Shown here one piece after another: positions 36,857 through 49,289 of a stretch of DNA of 64,000 bases. The first letter of the stretch is position 1; each line of letters starts with the position of its first letter. The notes beneath the pieces were generated by a model that worked only from the letters and a program-made list of their open reading frames with translations, had not been told where the DNA came from and did not search any database. The stretch lies in contig NC_086097.1 of NCBI RefSeq assembly GCF_963921235.1, positions 40,116,001 to 40,180,000 on the forward strand, in the 5' to 3' direction. The position numbers and the translations under genes are program-made. This DNA comes from Mobula hypostoma (taxonomy: Eukaryota).

Positions 36857-38059
36857 CATAATATCAATGAGAAGTCACGACAGTAGCTATATCTCATTAG
36901 GAGCTTGAGAAGATCCTATATGTCACCAAAATCCCTTGCACATTTCTACAGTTGTACCATGGAGAGGATTCTAACTGGCTGCATCCCCATCTGGCATGGT
37001 GGCATGGTGGGATGGTGTGTGGCTACTGCACAGGATTGAAATAAGCTGCAGAGAGCTGTAAAATTAGTCAGCTCCCTCATGTGCACTAACCTCTATAGTA
37101 TCCAGGACATCTTCAAGGATCGATGCCTCAAAAAGGTGGTATTCATCATTAAGGACACCCATCATCGAGGTCATGCTGTGTTCTAATTGCTATCATTATG
37201 GAGGAGGTACACCAGCCTGAGACGCACACTCAACAATTCAGGACCAGCTTCTTCTCATCTGCCATCAGATTTCAGAATGGACATTGAACCTACGAACTAC
37301 ATTTTTGTTTCTATTTCTGCACTACTTATTTAATTTAACTATTTAATATATATCTATCGACTTACTGTAATTTGCATTTTTTCTATTATTATGTATTGCA
37401 ATGTACTGCTGCCATACAACAACAAATTTCACGGCAAACTGTATGCTGGCGATATTAAGTATGATTCTGATTCTGATACAATCAGTTTCTTCTTCATGGT
37501 CCCTCTCCAATTTGGTGTCAAGTCGCTAATCGTCCCATCACCAATTGTTCAGGAGCTTGAAAGCACGTGGCAGATGTGAGTACAGAGACTGAAACACATC
37601 CACTAGTTCTGTGTGAACTTTCAGACACTCAAAGGGCCTCAACTCTAAAGTCTGAAAATGGCATGAAGTTCCTTCCTGTCATTTCCCTGCCTTAGGGACA
37701 TAAAGCACTAATTAAATGAGAATTAAGGACAAGTATCTGATAGAAGAAGAAAGCACTGTGATGGAAAATACTGGGTTGAATGCTAAGATTGGATGAACAT
37801 ACAGGATAAGAGAAAGATTCATCTGTTCAATCAAACATACATACAAGCATACAAATTAGGAAAAGGAGTTGACTAGTCAGTCCCTGAAGTTTGTTCAGCT
37901 AATAAGAAAGAAGAGGGCTGATCTGATTGCAGCCTCAGCTCTGTACTCTGTAATGTTAAATATCCTGTTAAGATCAAAGCATAAGGTTGATCGGATGACC
38001 AGTTGAAGCCCAATGGCTGAAGCTTAGAGACTGGAGACCTGCCTGGAGCACTAAGATCC

Positions 38060-38810
38060 GAAGGACAGTTATTATCAAAGTACGTAGGCAGTATACAACT
38101 CTGAGATCCGTCTTCCATCAGACAGCCATGAAACAAACCCCCACACTTAAAAAAAATCAAATCACGCAAATGGTAATAAAAGTTAGCAAAAGACACAGAA
38201 TATAAAGTCATCTAAAGGGTTCAGGCATATTCATTTTAGCTCAGTTCATTTCAATCCAGCACTTTGTCCTTCAACAACTCAGCCTGCAGATCCAGTCCTC
38301 TTCAATCAAAATCACACAAAATAGCAACAAAAAAAGCAGCAGCCAGAAACCAGACATCATGACATGAACTATAGAGTCTAAACCACAAACGGCGTCAATT
38401 AAACACTGCCCAGGATCCAGGACTCCGGCACTCACTCCCCGAATGAGAGGGAGAGAGAGAGAGAGAGAGAGGCCATTTGAACGCAGGGACCTTCCTCTGG
38501 GAGCATTGGGCAAGAGGGAGAGAGAGACAGAGACCAGACACACGCAGACACCTTCCTCTGAGAGCAGTGAGTGAGTGAGTGTGTGTGTGAGAGAGAGAGA
38601 GAGAGAGCATTCGAACACAGGTAAATGGTGTTGAACTCCCACCCACCTTCCGTTCTCATCCTTGATGATTTTCAATCTCATTGACACTTTAATCAACGAG
38701 ATCAGTGAGAAAAAGATTTGGTCATGGGTTTGCGCCTCCTTTCCAGGCTGCTTGGCCTTGAGGCTGTACACTTTGCTCAAAGACTCCCCGATCTCCCTTA
38801 GAGAGATCAA
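38060..38810 (-). mobile_element. Non-coding LINE-tail element with (GA)n and (GT)n microsatellites
   Basis: 3' end similar to 29900-29970; microsatellites at 38445-38610. Confidence 0.5.
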
Positions 38811-38935
38811 AGAGTCAGGTCATTCAATCAGCCAAAAACACTCAACCAAAATATAGATCACAGACTCCAACAGGAGTAGAACCCACATTTGAAAGGAAAA
38901 GAATATATAAATCAAGCGAGAAAAGTAGTTGTTTT

Positions 38936-39065
38936 CCTGCCGAAGTATTTCGGCCCGAAACGTCGACCATACTCTTTTCCTAGATGCTGCCTGGCCTGCT
39001 GAGTTCCTCCAGCACTTAGTGTGCGTTGCTTGGATTTCCAGCATCTGCAGATTTCCTCTTATTTG
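38936..39065 (+). mobile_element. Penelope-type terminal fragment
   Basis: CGGCCCGAAACGTCGAC...GATGCTGCCTGGCCTGCTGAGTTCCTCCAGC. Confidence 0.8.
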
Positions 39066-39604
39066 GGAGTAGTTTCGTGAGCCGTGCGAAGGATATTGCC
39101 CTTGGTCAGGTTGTTTGTTAGTGCCATCTTCTTCCGGAACTGTCTGTATGTGTGCATGGGTGGGAGGAAATGGGCTTGCTTTTGCTGATGTTGTTGTGAT
39201 GTGTTATTCTGCCAAGTATGGTGGGCAGGCTATGTTGGTGACGGAATACGTGGCAACACTTGTGGCCTGCCCCCAGCACATCCTTAATTGCGTTGGTTGT
39301 TAATGAGAATAACATGTTTTACTGTATGTTTCAATGTAGATGTGATATATCTGAATCTGAACTTCTCATTCGCTTACTTAACAAGAATCTATCACCGACT
39401 GAATTTAAAGACTACTTTCCCTGCTTTGAGGAAGAGGGTTGATGACTCGTAGCCATTTGGGAGCAACAGGTCTACCTCGGCTCTGTGGGTGAACCCATAT
39501 TTCTTAACACTTTAGATCCACTCTGCCAAGACCATCAAGGATCTCATGCAGCTGAATTCATAGTTAACATGCAGTTCAATTTTGCACCTCATAAAGATCC
39601 AAAG

Positions 39605-40922
39605 AATCTATAAGCCTACGGACTCTCACAGCTATCTGGACTATTCCTCTTCTCACCCTGTCTCTTGCAAAAATGCCATCCCCTTCTCGCAATTCCTCTG
39701 TCTCCACCGCACTTGCTCTCAGGATGAGGCTTTTCATTCCAGGACGAGTGAGATGTCCTCCTTTTTTAAAGAAAGGGGCTTCCCTTCCTCCACCATCAAC
39801 TCTGCTCTCAAACGCATCTCCCCCATTTCACGCACATCTGCTCTCACTCCATCCTCCCGCCACCCCACTAGGAATAGGGTTCCCCTGGTCCTCACCTACC
39901 ACCCCACCAGCCCTCGGGTCCAACATATTATTCTCCGTAACTTCCAACACCTCCAACGGGATCCCACCACCAAGCACATCTTTCCCTCCCCCCCCCTGCT
40001 TTCCACAAGGATCGCTCCCTACACGACTCCCTTGTCCATTCGTCCCCCCGATCCATCCCCACTGATCTCCCTTCTGGCACTTATCCTTGTAAGCGGAACA
40101 AGTGCTACACATGTCCTTACACTTCCTCCCTTACCACCATTCAGGGCCCCAGACAGTCCTTCCAGGTGAGGCGACACTTCACCTGTGGGTCGGCTGGGGT
40201 GATATACTGCGTCTGGTGCTCCCGATGTGGCCTTCTATATATTGGCGAGACCTGATACAGACTGGGAGATCGTTTTGCTGAACACCTACGCTCTGTCCGC
40301 CAGAGAAAGCAGGATCTCCCAGTGGCCACATATTTTAATTCCACAACCCATTCCCATTCTGACATGTCTATTCACGGCCTCCTCTACTGTAAAGATGAAG
40401 CCACACTCAGGTTGGAGGAACAACACCTTATATTCTGTTTGGGTAACCTCTAACCTGATGGCATGAACATTGACTTCTCTAAATTCCGCTAATGCCCCAT
40501 CTCACCCTCGTACCCCATCCGTTATTTATATACACACATTCTTTCTCTCGCTCTCCTTTTTCTCCCTCTGTCCCTCTGACTATACCCCTTGCCCATCCTC
40601 TGGGCTTTTCCCCTCCCTCCCCCTTTTCCTTCTCCCTAGGCCTCCTGTCCCATGGTCATCTCATATCCCTTTTGCCAATCACCTGTCCAGCTCTTGGCTC
40701 CAACCCTCCCCTTCCTGTCTTCTCCTATCATTTTGGATCTCCCCCTCCCCCTCCCACTTTTAAATCTCTTACTCACTCTTCCTTCAGTTAGTCCTGACGA
40801 AGGGTCTCGGCCTGAAACGTCGACTGTACCTCTTCCTAGAGATGCTGTCTGGCCTGCTGCATTCACCAGCAACTTTGATGTGTGTTGCTTGAATTTCCAG
40901 CATCTGCAGAATTCCTCGTGTT
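39605..40922 (+). mobile_element. Penelope-like retroelement, 5'-truncated (RT thumb, GIY-YIG, terminal repeat)
   Basis: 13-bp TSD TAAAGATCCAAAG (39592-39604 and 40923-40935); YKPTDSHSYLDYSSSHP; VIYCVWCSRCGLLYIGET. Confidence 0.92.
40790..40825 (+). ncRNA. Minimal type I hammerhead ribozyme motif
   Basis: AGTC-CTGACGA-A-GGGTCTCGGCCT-GAAA-CG-TC-GACT: helix I AGTC/GACT, core boxes, stem II, collapsed palindromic helix III. Confidence 0.7.
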
Positions 40923-41063
40923 TAAAGATCCAAAGGAAGTAGTTTTGGGTCCAGAGAAGGCAGCCAAGTTCTTGGAGTTGGTCATTCTATTGACGAGGAT
41001 GGTGCAAACTGACCCAGACAAAGGCACAGCCATCAAGGATAGGATAAAATTATCATACACTAG

Positions 41064-41938
41064 TAAGTTTTCGGATGACTCTGCCATAGTTGGATGCATC
41101 AGCAAGGGAGATGAGACTGAGTACAGGGCTACGGTAGGAAACTTTGTCACATGGTGTGAGCAGAATTATCTGCAGCTTAATGTGAAAAAGACTAAGGAGC
41201 TGGTGGTAGACCTGAGGAGAGCTAAGGTACCGGTGACCCCTGTTTCCATCCAGAGGGTCAGTGTGGACATGGTGGAGGATTACAAATACCTGGGGATATG
41301 AATTGACAGTAAACTGGACTGGTCAAAGAACACTGAGGCTGTCTACAAGAGGGGTCAGAGCCGTCCCTACTTCCTGAGGAGACTGAGGTCCTTTAGCATC
41401 TGCCGGACAATGCTGAGGATGTTATACGAGTCTGTGGTGGCCAGTACTATCATGTTTGCTGTTGTGTGCTGGGGCAGCAGGCTGAGGGTAGCAGACACCA
41501 ACAGAATCAACAAACTCATTTGTAAGGTCAGTGATGTTGTGGGGATGGAACTGGACTCTCTGATGGTGGTGTCTGAAAAGAGGATGCTGTCTAAGTTGCA
41601 TGCCATCTTGGACAATGTCTCCCATCCACTACACAATGTACTGGTAGGGCACAGGAGTACATTCAGCCAGAGACTCATTCCACCGAGATGCAACACAGCG
41701 TCATAGGAAGTCATTCCTGCCTGTGGCTGTCAAACTTTACAACTTCACGCTTGGAGGGTCAGACACCCTGAGCCAATAGGCTGGTCCTGGACTTATTTCA
41801 TAATTTACCGGCATAATTTACATATTACTATTTAACTATTTATGGCTTTATTACTATTTATTATTTATGGTGCAATTGTAATGAAAACCAATTTCCCCCG
41901 GAATCAATAAAGTATGACTGTGACTATGACTATGACTA
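41064..41938 (+). mobile_element. Rex1-like LINE 3' fragment
   Basis: KFSDDSAIVG...LNVKKTKELVVD...YKYLG; (GACTAT)n tail. Confidence 0.85.
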
Positions 41939-42027
41939 AGATCTGAACGTTGAGGTGTTGTAAAAATGTAAGTGTTCACCTCAGTAAAGATGAGCAGGGG
42001 TCCGGGAAATTTTGTTTCTTCATTGCA

Positions 42028-42712
42028 CTGAATCAGAATCAGGTTTAACCACTGGCATATGTCATGAAGTTTGTTGCTTTGCAGCAGCAATACACTGCAA
42101 TACATGATAATATAACTATAAATTATGATAATTATATATAGAAACTAAATTAATTTTGAAAAATGAGAGGAAAAGTAGTGAGATAGTGTTCATGGATTCA
42201 CTGTCCATTTAGAAATCTGATGGCAGAGGGGAAGAGGCTGTTCCTGAAACGTTGAGTGTGTGTTTTCAGGCTCCTGTACTTCCTCTCTGATGATGACAAT
42301 GAGAAGAGGGCATGTAATGGTGGTTCTTAATGACGGATACCGGCTTTTTGAGACATCCCCTTTAGAAGCGTCCTGGATGCTGAGACGCTAGTCCCCATGA
42401 TGGAGATGGCTGAATTTACAACTCTCTGCAGCTTTTTTTCCTGAACCTGTGCAGTGGTCCCTCCAGACCAGACAAGGATGCAACCAGTTAGAATGCTCTC
42501 CCTGGTACATCTGTCAAAATTTGTCAGTGTTTTCGTGACATACCAAGTCTCCTCAAACTTCTAACGAAATATAGCCATTCTCATATCTTCTTTATAATTG
42601 CATGAATATGTTGAGCCCAGGATAGGTCATCTCAAATGTTGGCACCCAGGAACTTGAATCTCGATAAGAACTGGTGTGCATTCCTTCCACTTCCCCTTCC
42701 TGAAGTCAACAT
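42028..42712 (-). mobile_element. Rex1-like LINE 3' fragment, decayed
   Basis: (GATTCT)n-type tail at 42028; FKFLG and YFVRSLRRLG remnants. Confidence 0.7.
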
Positions 42713-44434
42713 TGGATGATATGAACTCGCAGTCATGTGATCTGAATGGAAGTTGCAATGAAAGAGACAAATCTCTAGCAAATGTATTGACCAATGATTT
42801 ACACCAAAAAAATGTCAACCTATTTGTTCATCTCCCAGACACTACCTGTTCAAAGGTTTTTTTTTCCCTACTCCTGCCAGAGAATTGCTGTGGTTGGTAA
42901 TGAAGTTGCCAGTAATATGAGGAAATAAATATATTGGCGCACCTCTTTGCTGTCAATATTGTGGTCAAATAATTAGCCGTCAGTTTCTAGTTCCAATTCG
43001 GAGTTAAAACTGGATGGTTAATACTTTCTATAAATTGATGTTTTGTATGTTATAAAAACCACTTCCTGAAGTGGTTCTTCTGCTCTTCCAACATAGCTGG
43101 TGGAAACAATGGCGAGGTGGTGCAAGAGTTAAGAAATTACAGTCAAAATTATAAAAACACAATGGAAATTCTATCCTAATAAATCTTCCTCATTGCAGCA
43201 TAAACCATTGTCAGGCTTCTCATCAGAAAAAGAACCTGTATTATACCTCTTGCCAACTTAAAACATTCAGAGGCACTTCAAGGGAACAGCATCTAATGAA
43301 ACATTTGTCCCAAGCTGCAGCAAGAGAGATTCAGACAGGTGATCTGGCGTACGGTCAGGACATAGGCAGCAGAGATTCCAGCTAACAATGGTGGAACATC
43401 AGGTATGTGCAAGAAGCGAGAACTGGAGAAAAGCAAAGCACTCCTGGAGAAATGGAGAGGTGAGGTGTGGCTGTGGGGTACAGATTGATTCAGATTCAGA
43501 TTTATTTACCACAGGTTCATGTTTATATACAGTGAAATGGAGTACAGAGATGAAGACCAGGAAGGTATGGAAGTCATAGGGTCCAGAGGCAAACAGCACA
43601 GAAGCAGTCACTTTGGTCCAATTTGTCCATGATGACTAAGATTACCACCTAAACTATTCCTGTATGCTCATGTTTGGCCCATATTCCTCTAAACCTCTCT
43701 TATCCATGAACCTGTGCAAGTACCTTTTAAATATTGTTAAATTACCTGCCTCAACCCCTTGCTCTGCTATTTAAATTAAGGAGAAGGATTTTAAAGTTAA
43801 TGGACAGGGATAGGGATCCGGGGTAATTAGGGTTGAAAGGTGAAACCTGCTCACACCGGATGTAATGTGCATCTGGCCTTAGGGAAAAGCATAGAGCAGA
43901 TGATGGAAAACAAGCCGCAGGTGGGTATAGGAATAGTAAGGTAAGTTAACAAAGACACAACTGAGTATTCAGCATCAGTAAACTGAGACAAGGACATCAT
44001 TAGAAAACGTTAGCAAGGCAAATCAAAGCAGACTGTCCAAAGATCAAAGCCAGACTTATGAGCATTATGATTCGGTCTGAGACAATGAAACAGAATTTGC
44101 ATCAGGAGCCAAGATAATAGCTTTAATATGTCCAATTTTTTTTGGAAAAAATTTCAGCTCCACCAGTCCTGGCCAAGAAAATAATTTTTTTAAATGGTAA
44201 ATTATAAATGAATAGAAATGGTAATTTTACTAATATCCTTCCCTCTTGCATCAATTCCACTTTACTCTTTCTGATTGGAGGTCTTGTACTTCACTTCATC
44301 ATTTCATTCATTTCTGTTAAATCATTCTGCATAAATAAAAAAGTCACTTTTTGTTCCCACACAACTCAGTTGCCAGGTAACCTGGACAAAGAATCCTAGC
44401 CCTCTTTGCAGATGTTGGAAATCTCGAACCTTGC

Positions 44435-44700
44435 ACCGTGCATTTATTTTGTTGCCAAAGCTAGTTTCTAAAATTATTCAGAGCTTTTCACAACCTCTGG
44501 CCATATCAAACGGTTTCAGAGACAAAAACCTGTTTGTGAAGTCTGGTCATTTGTTCTGCAGCTATCTTGAATGCAGCAACCGAGGTGGGGTTATTTAATT
44601 TTGGGTGACGGTAAGTGTCTGTAGGCAGCCTGCTTTACATCTCTCTCCACTTTCCTTCACGTTGACTTTGTCGAATGAGAAATGGTTGTCATTTCAAAAC
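44435..44700 (-). repeat. Left arm of an old inverted repeat (partner 46590-47280)
   Basis: Reverse complement shares TTGAAATG.CAACCATTTCTCAT, ATAGCTGC.GAAC and TGACCAGACTTCACAAAC with the partner, in colinear order. Confidence 0.75.
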
Positions 44701-45185
44701 TGCTGACTGAAAACTGGAATACTTTAAGCCACGTTTTATGTACAAACAATGCATAAATAAGCTTGAAAGCAATTACACCTGAAATTGTTTCTGGGTGAAA
44801 TCATGCCCATTATTAAACTGGCCAAGGTCACCTTGACTCTGAACCTCCACACCACATGATCTTGCTAAGCATCTGCTATGTTTCACTGTAGTACAGTGGT
44901 CACGCAGGCACTGGATTCATAGGGAAGGAGTTTCCTCTACCTTGGTTTCAGTGAAGACAGGTAGCATCGCAGAACTGGGATCTGACAGCATTTCTGACTT
45001 TTCCTGACAGCAAGCGTCCATTGACTACTTAGAACATAGAAGAGTACAGCTCAGTAGCGGCTCTTAGGCCCACAATATTGAGCCAAGCCATCTGAACAAG
45101 CAAGCAGGAGCTCAATTTAAGGTCTCATCAGAAGGACTTTAATACCATGTATTGGTCTAGATTAGGAATCTTGAAGAGGGATTTA

Positions 45186-45790
45186 TGATTATGAAGACAC
45201 GTAGTCCTCTTTATTGTCATTTAGTAATGCATGCATTAAGAACTGATACATTATTTCCTCCGGTGTGATATCACAAAACACAGGACAAACCAAGACTGAA
45301 AACACTGACAAAACCATATAATTATAACATATAGTTACAACAGTGCACAATACCACAACTTGATGAAGAAGTCCGTGAGCACAGTTTCTCAAATGTCCCA
45401 CATCTCACGCAGACAGGAGAAGGAAGAAAAAGTCTCCCTGCCATGCCGACCACAGTCCGACTCTGAGTCGTCGGAAAACTTCGAGCTCCAATCAGCTCTC
45501 CGACACCGAGTACTGAGCGCAATCTCTGTCCGAGCGATTCGACCTCCGTCTCGGTCGCCAAAAGCAGGCAAGGCCGGGGATTTTGAGGCCTACCCTCTGA
45601 AAGATTCAAGACCACACAGTAACGACAGCAGTGAACGGGCGTTTCAGAAATTTCTCCAGATGTTCCTCTGTGCTTTCACGTCCATACTTGATCAAATCAG
45701 AATTGTCTGCGGCCCCTATTTAACAGATACGATATCATTTTCACCGGAGAGCTGCGCACGAGCAGTGCGCCGCCATCTTCTCCTCCTGCC
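45186..45790 (-). mobile_element. Apparently full-length non-coding LINE-dependent element
   Basis: Head GGAGGAGAAGATGGCGGCG; body and tail homologous to 8985-9568. Confidence 0.75.
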
Positions 45791-45899
45791 TTTATTTGAA
45801 TCCAGAATATATTAGTCATGTAATTTTGTTAGAGGTATCAAGAGGTATCTTGGTCAAAGAGTGGTCATCCAGGTCATCCAGTGACTCGTGTCATCCAGG

Positions 45900-46573
45900 T
45901 CGATGCAGCTCGCAGCGGCCACTCCAGTGGTGATGTCTGTTATCTGTCAAGTAGGGTGCCGTCTGTACACAATCCTGATTTGATGGAGATGAATGTGAGA
46001 GCACGGAGGAACATCTGGTGAAGCTTCTGAAATGCCTGCTTCGCTGCTGCTGCTACTGTGTGGTCCAGAATCTCTGGAGGAGAAGGCCCCGAGTCCTCGG
46101 CTTTGCTTGTTGCTTGGCGGCTGGGGCAGAGTCAAAACATTCGGCAGAGGATGGTGCACGGAGAGGCTGTGTCGGAGGGGCTGGTCGGAGGCTCGAAGTT
46201 TTTGGACGGACTCAGAGTCCGCTGCGGTCGGGTGCTTCCAATGGTGCCGCATCGGCAAGTTGGTGGCGCTTGGAGGTTCATGGCAGGGAGAGTTCCTCCC
46301 TTCGGCCACCTGCATGAGATGATGAGTCTATCGGGACTTTTGAGACCTTTTTTTACCGTGCCAATGGTCTGCTCTTTATCAAATTATGGTATTGCTTTGC
46401 ACTGTTGTAACTATATGTTATAATTATGTGGTTTTTGTCAGTTTTAGTCTTGGTTTGTCCTGTGTTTTCTTGTGATATCATTCTGGTGGAACGTTGTATC
46501 ATTTTTTAATGCATGCATTTCTAAATGACAATAAATGAGGACTGAGTATCCTCATAATCTAATCTAATCTAAT
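45900..46573 (+). mobile_element. Same family, head-to-head with 45186-45790
   Basis: Homologous body; (ATCTA)n tail. Confidence 0.75.
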
Positions 46574-46718
46574 ATAGATCAGGGACTCATTGAAATGGCA
46601 ACCATTTCTCATCCCACAAAGCTGATGGGAATAAGCATTGGGAGACAGGCAGCCTATGTGACTCACTATCATCCCAAGTCAAAATTAACCTCTCAGTTGC
46701 TATGTGAAAAATAGCTGC

Positions 46719-47198
46719 TGAACCACAGTGACCAGACTTCACAAACTATCTGAACCACGGTGACCAGACTTCACAAACTATCTGAACCACAGTGACCAGA
46801 CTTCACAAACTATCTGAACCACAGTGACCAGACTTCACAAACTATCTGAACAACAGTGACCAGACTTCACAAACTATCTGAACCACAGTGACCAGACTTC
46901 ACAAACTATCTGAACAACAGTGACCAGACTTCACAAACTATCTGAACCACAGTGACCAGACTTCACAAACTATCTGAACAACAGTGACCAGACTTCACAA
47001 ACTATCTGAACCACAGTGACCAGACTTCACAAACTATCTGAACCACAGTGACCAGACTTCACAAACTATCTGAACCACAGTGACCAGACTTCACAAACTA
47101 TCTGAACAACAGTGACCAGACTTCACAAACTATTTGAACCACAGTGACCAGACTTCACAAACTATCTGAACCACAGTGACCAGACCTCACAAACTATT
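46719..47198 (+). repeat. Minisatellite, 15 x 32 bp (TGAACCACAGTGACCAGACTTCACAAACTATC)
   Basis: Contiguous units at exact 32-bp period with few variants. Confidence 0.97.
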
Positions 47199-48167
47199 TC
47201 TAGGCTGTTAATGGCCCAAGCTTTTGAATGGATCTGAGTAAATATTGAAACTTGTTTTTGAAACTGAATTAATGTCAATGCCTTTGCAAATTTCAGTGGA
47301 TAAATACAGTATTAGAATGTGGACCTGATAATAAGGAACATAAATTCTGTATACTTTTATGTGCTTTCATGATTTAGACCGGAGTTAAGGTAACATGGAA
47401 CAGAAATTATTCATGATCTTTATTACTGTTGCATTTTTATTTCAAGGCCAGATTCTGCAGGAGATGGCATGCAATGAAATATCTAAAGACGTGTAGATGA
47501 GACCTGAGAGAATGGGACCAAGAATAACCAAGTTGCTCAAGGAGTGGGGTTTGTGTTATATGAAGAGGCTTAGAGCAGAGATGATTAATGAAAGATTTAA
47601 TAGAGTTCAACATTAGTAAGTTTTAAGACACAAAGGACGGAACTGTTTTCACTGCTGGATGCTACTGTTGGTAATTAAATGGCATAGAAGCATCCTTTGG
47701 TGGTAACCCCCTTCCAACACCTACACACCTATCCCTGCCGTGGAAGACCTTCTGTTCCATGGCTGACCCTGCATTCTATGCCCATTAATTGGCCTCAAGA
47801 TGCATGCACAGCTCGGTGGTGAGATTAGCCAATTTACCAGTGACAATAAATTCAGGGTAAAATATAAGAGTCAGTAGATGAATAAGAATTTTCTCTTAAT
47901 CAGCATTTTGACGCAAGAATCTATCACTTGAAATGGATTCAACTATAGGTTCTGGAAAGAAGCTAGTCAAGTACTTGAAAGAAAGAAAATGCAGCACTAT
48001 GGGGAAAGAGCTAGGGAATGTTCAAGTAGAATGATCATACAAATTTCAAAGTTCAAAGTAAATTTATTATCAAAGTACATATACAGTTGCATGCAAAAGT
48101 TTGGGCACCCCTGGCCAAAATTTCTGTTAGTGTGAATAGCTAAGCGAGTAAAAGATGAACTGATTTC

Positions 48168-48790
48168 ATAGTCATAGTCATACTCATAGTCATAGTCATA
48201 CTTTATTGATCCTGGGGGAAATTGGTTTTCGTTACAGTTGCACCATAAATAATAAATAGTAATAAAACCATAAATAGTTAAATAGTAATATGTAAATTAA
48301 TGCCAGGAAATAAGTCCAGGACCAGCCTATTGGCTCAGGGTGTCTGACCCTCCAAGGGAGGAGTTGTAAAGTTTGATGGCCACAGGCAGGAATGACTTCC
48401 TATGATGCTCTGCGTTGCATCTCGGTGGAATGAGTCTCTGGCTGAATGTACTCCTGTACCCACCCAGTGGATGGGAGACATTGTCCAAGATGGCATGCAA
48501 CTTGGATAGCATCCTCTTTTCAGACACCACCGTCAGAGAGTCCAGTTCCATCCCCACAGCATCACTGGCCTTACGAATAAGTTTGTTGATTCTGTTGGTG
48601 TCTGCTACCCTCAGCCTGCTGCCCCAGCACACAACAGCAAATATGATAGCACTGGCCACCACAGACTCGTAGAACATCCTCAGCATCATCTGGCAGATGT
48701 TAAAGGACCTCAGTCTCCTCAGGAAATAGAGACAGCTCTGACCCTTCTTGTAGACAGCCTCAGTGTTCTTAGACCAGTCAGGTTTATTGT
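48168..48790 (-). mobile_element. Rex1-like LINE 3' fragment within the Tc1 TIR
   Basis: Reverse complement of 41305-41938; (GACTAT)n tail. Confidence 0.88.
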
Positions 48791-49289
48791 CCAAAAGGCA
48801 TACAGTTAAAAATGACACATTTCTTTAATACTTTAAGCAAGAAAACATTTTTTATTTCCATGTTTTAGTTCCAAAATAACAAAAAAGGAAAAGGGCCTGA
48901 AGCAAAAGTTTGGGCACCCTGCATGGCAGTACGTAGTAACACCCCCTTTGGCAAGTGTCACAGCTTGCAAATGTTTTTTGTAGCCAGCTAAGAGTCTTTC
49001 AATTCTTGTTTGGGGGATTTTCACCCATTCTTCCTTGCAAAAATCTTCTAGTTCTGTGAGATTCTTCGGCCGTCTTGCATGCACTGCTCTTTTGAGGTCT
49101 ATCCACAGATTCTCGATGATGTTTAGGTCAGGGACTGTGAGGGCCATGGCAAAACCTTCATCTTGCACCTCTTGAGGTAGACCATTGTGGATTTTGAGGT
49201 GTGCTTAGGATCATTATCCTGTTGTAGAAGCCATCCTCTTTTCATCTTCAACTTTTTTACAAACAGTGTGATGTTTGCTTCCAGACTTT

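Larger units (their letters stand above)
33925..37477 (+). mobile_element. Rex1/Babar-like LINE (endonuclease and RT), decayed, split by a hAT element
   Basis: [39 protein letters not shown]; (GATTCT)n tail. Confidence 0.85.

Noticed and set aside
36437..36859. ZBED/Buster-type host gene
   Set aside because: Only the C-terminal remnant, bounded by TIRs and an 8-bp TSD
43319..43405. Plus-strand exon candidate ending CAG|gtatgt
   Set aside because: All three frames contain stops
46719..47198. CRISPR-like 32-bp repeat array
   Set aside because: Units are contiguous with no unique spacers, there are no cas genes and the context is eukaryotic
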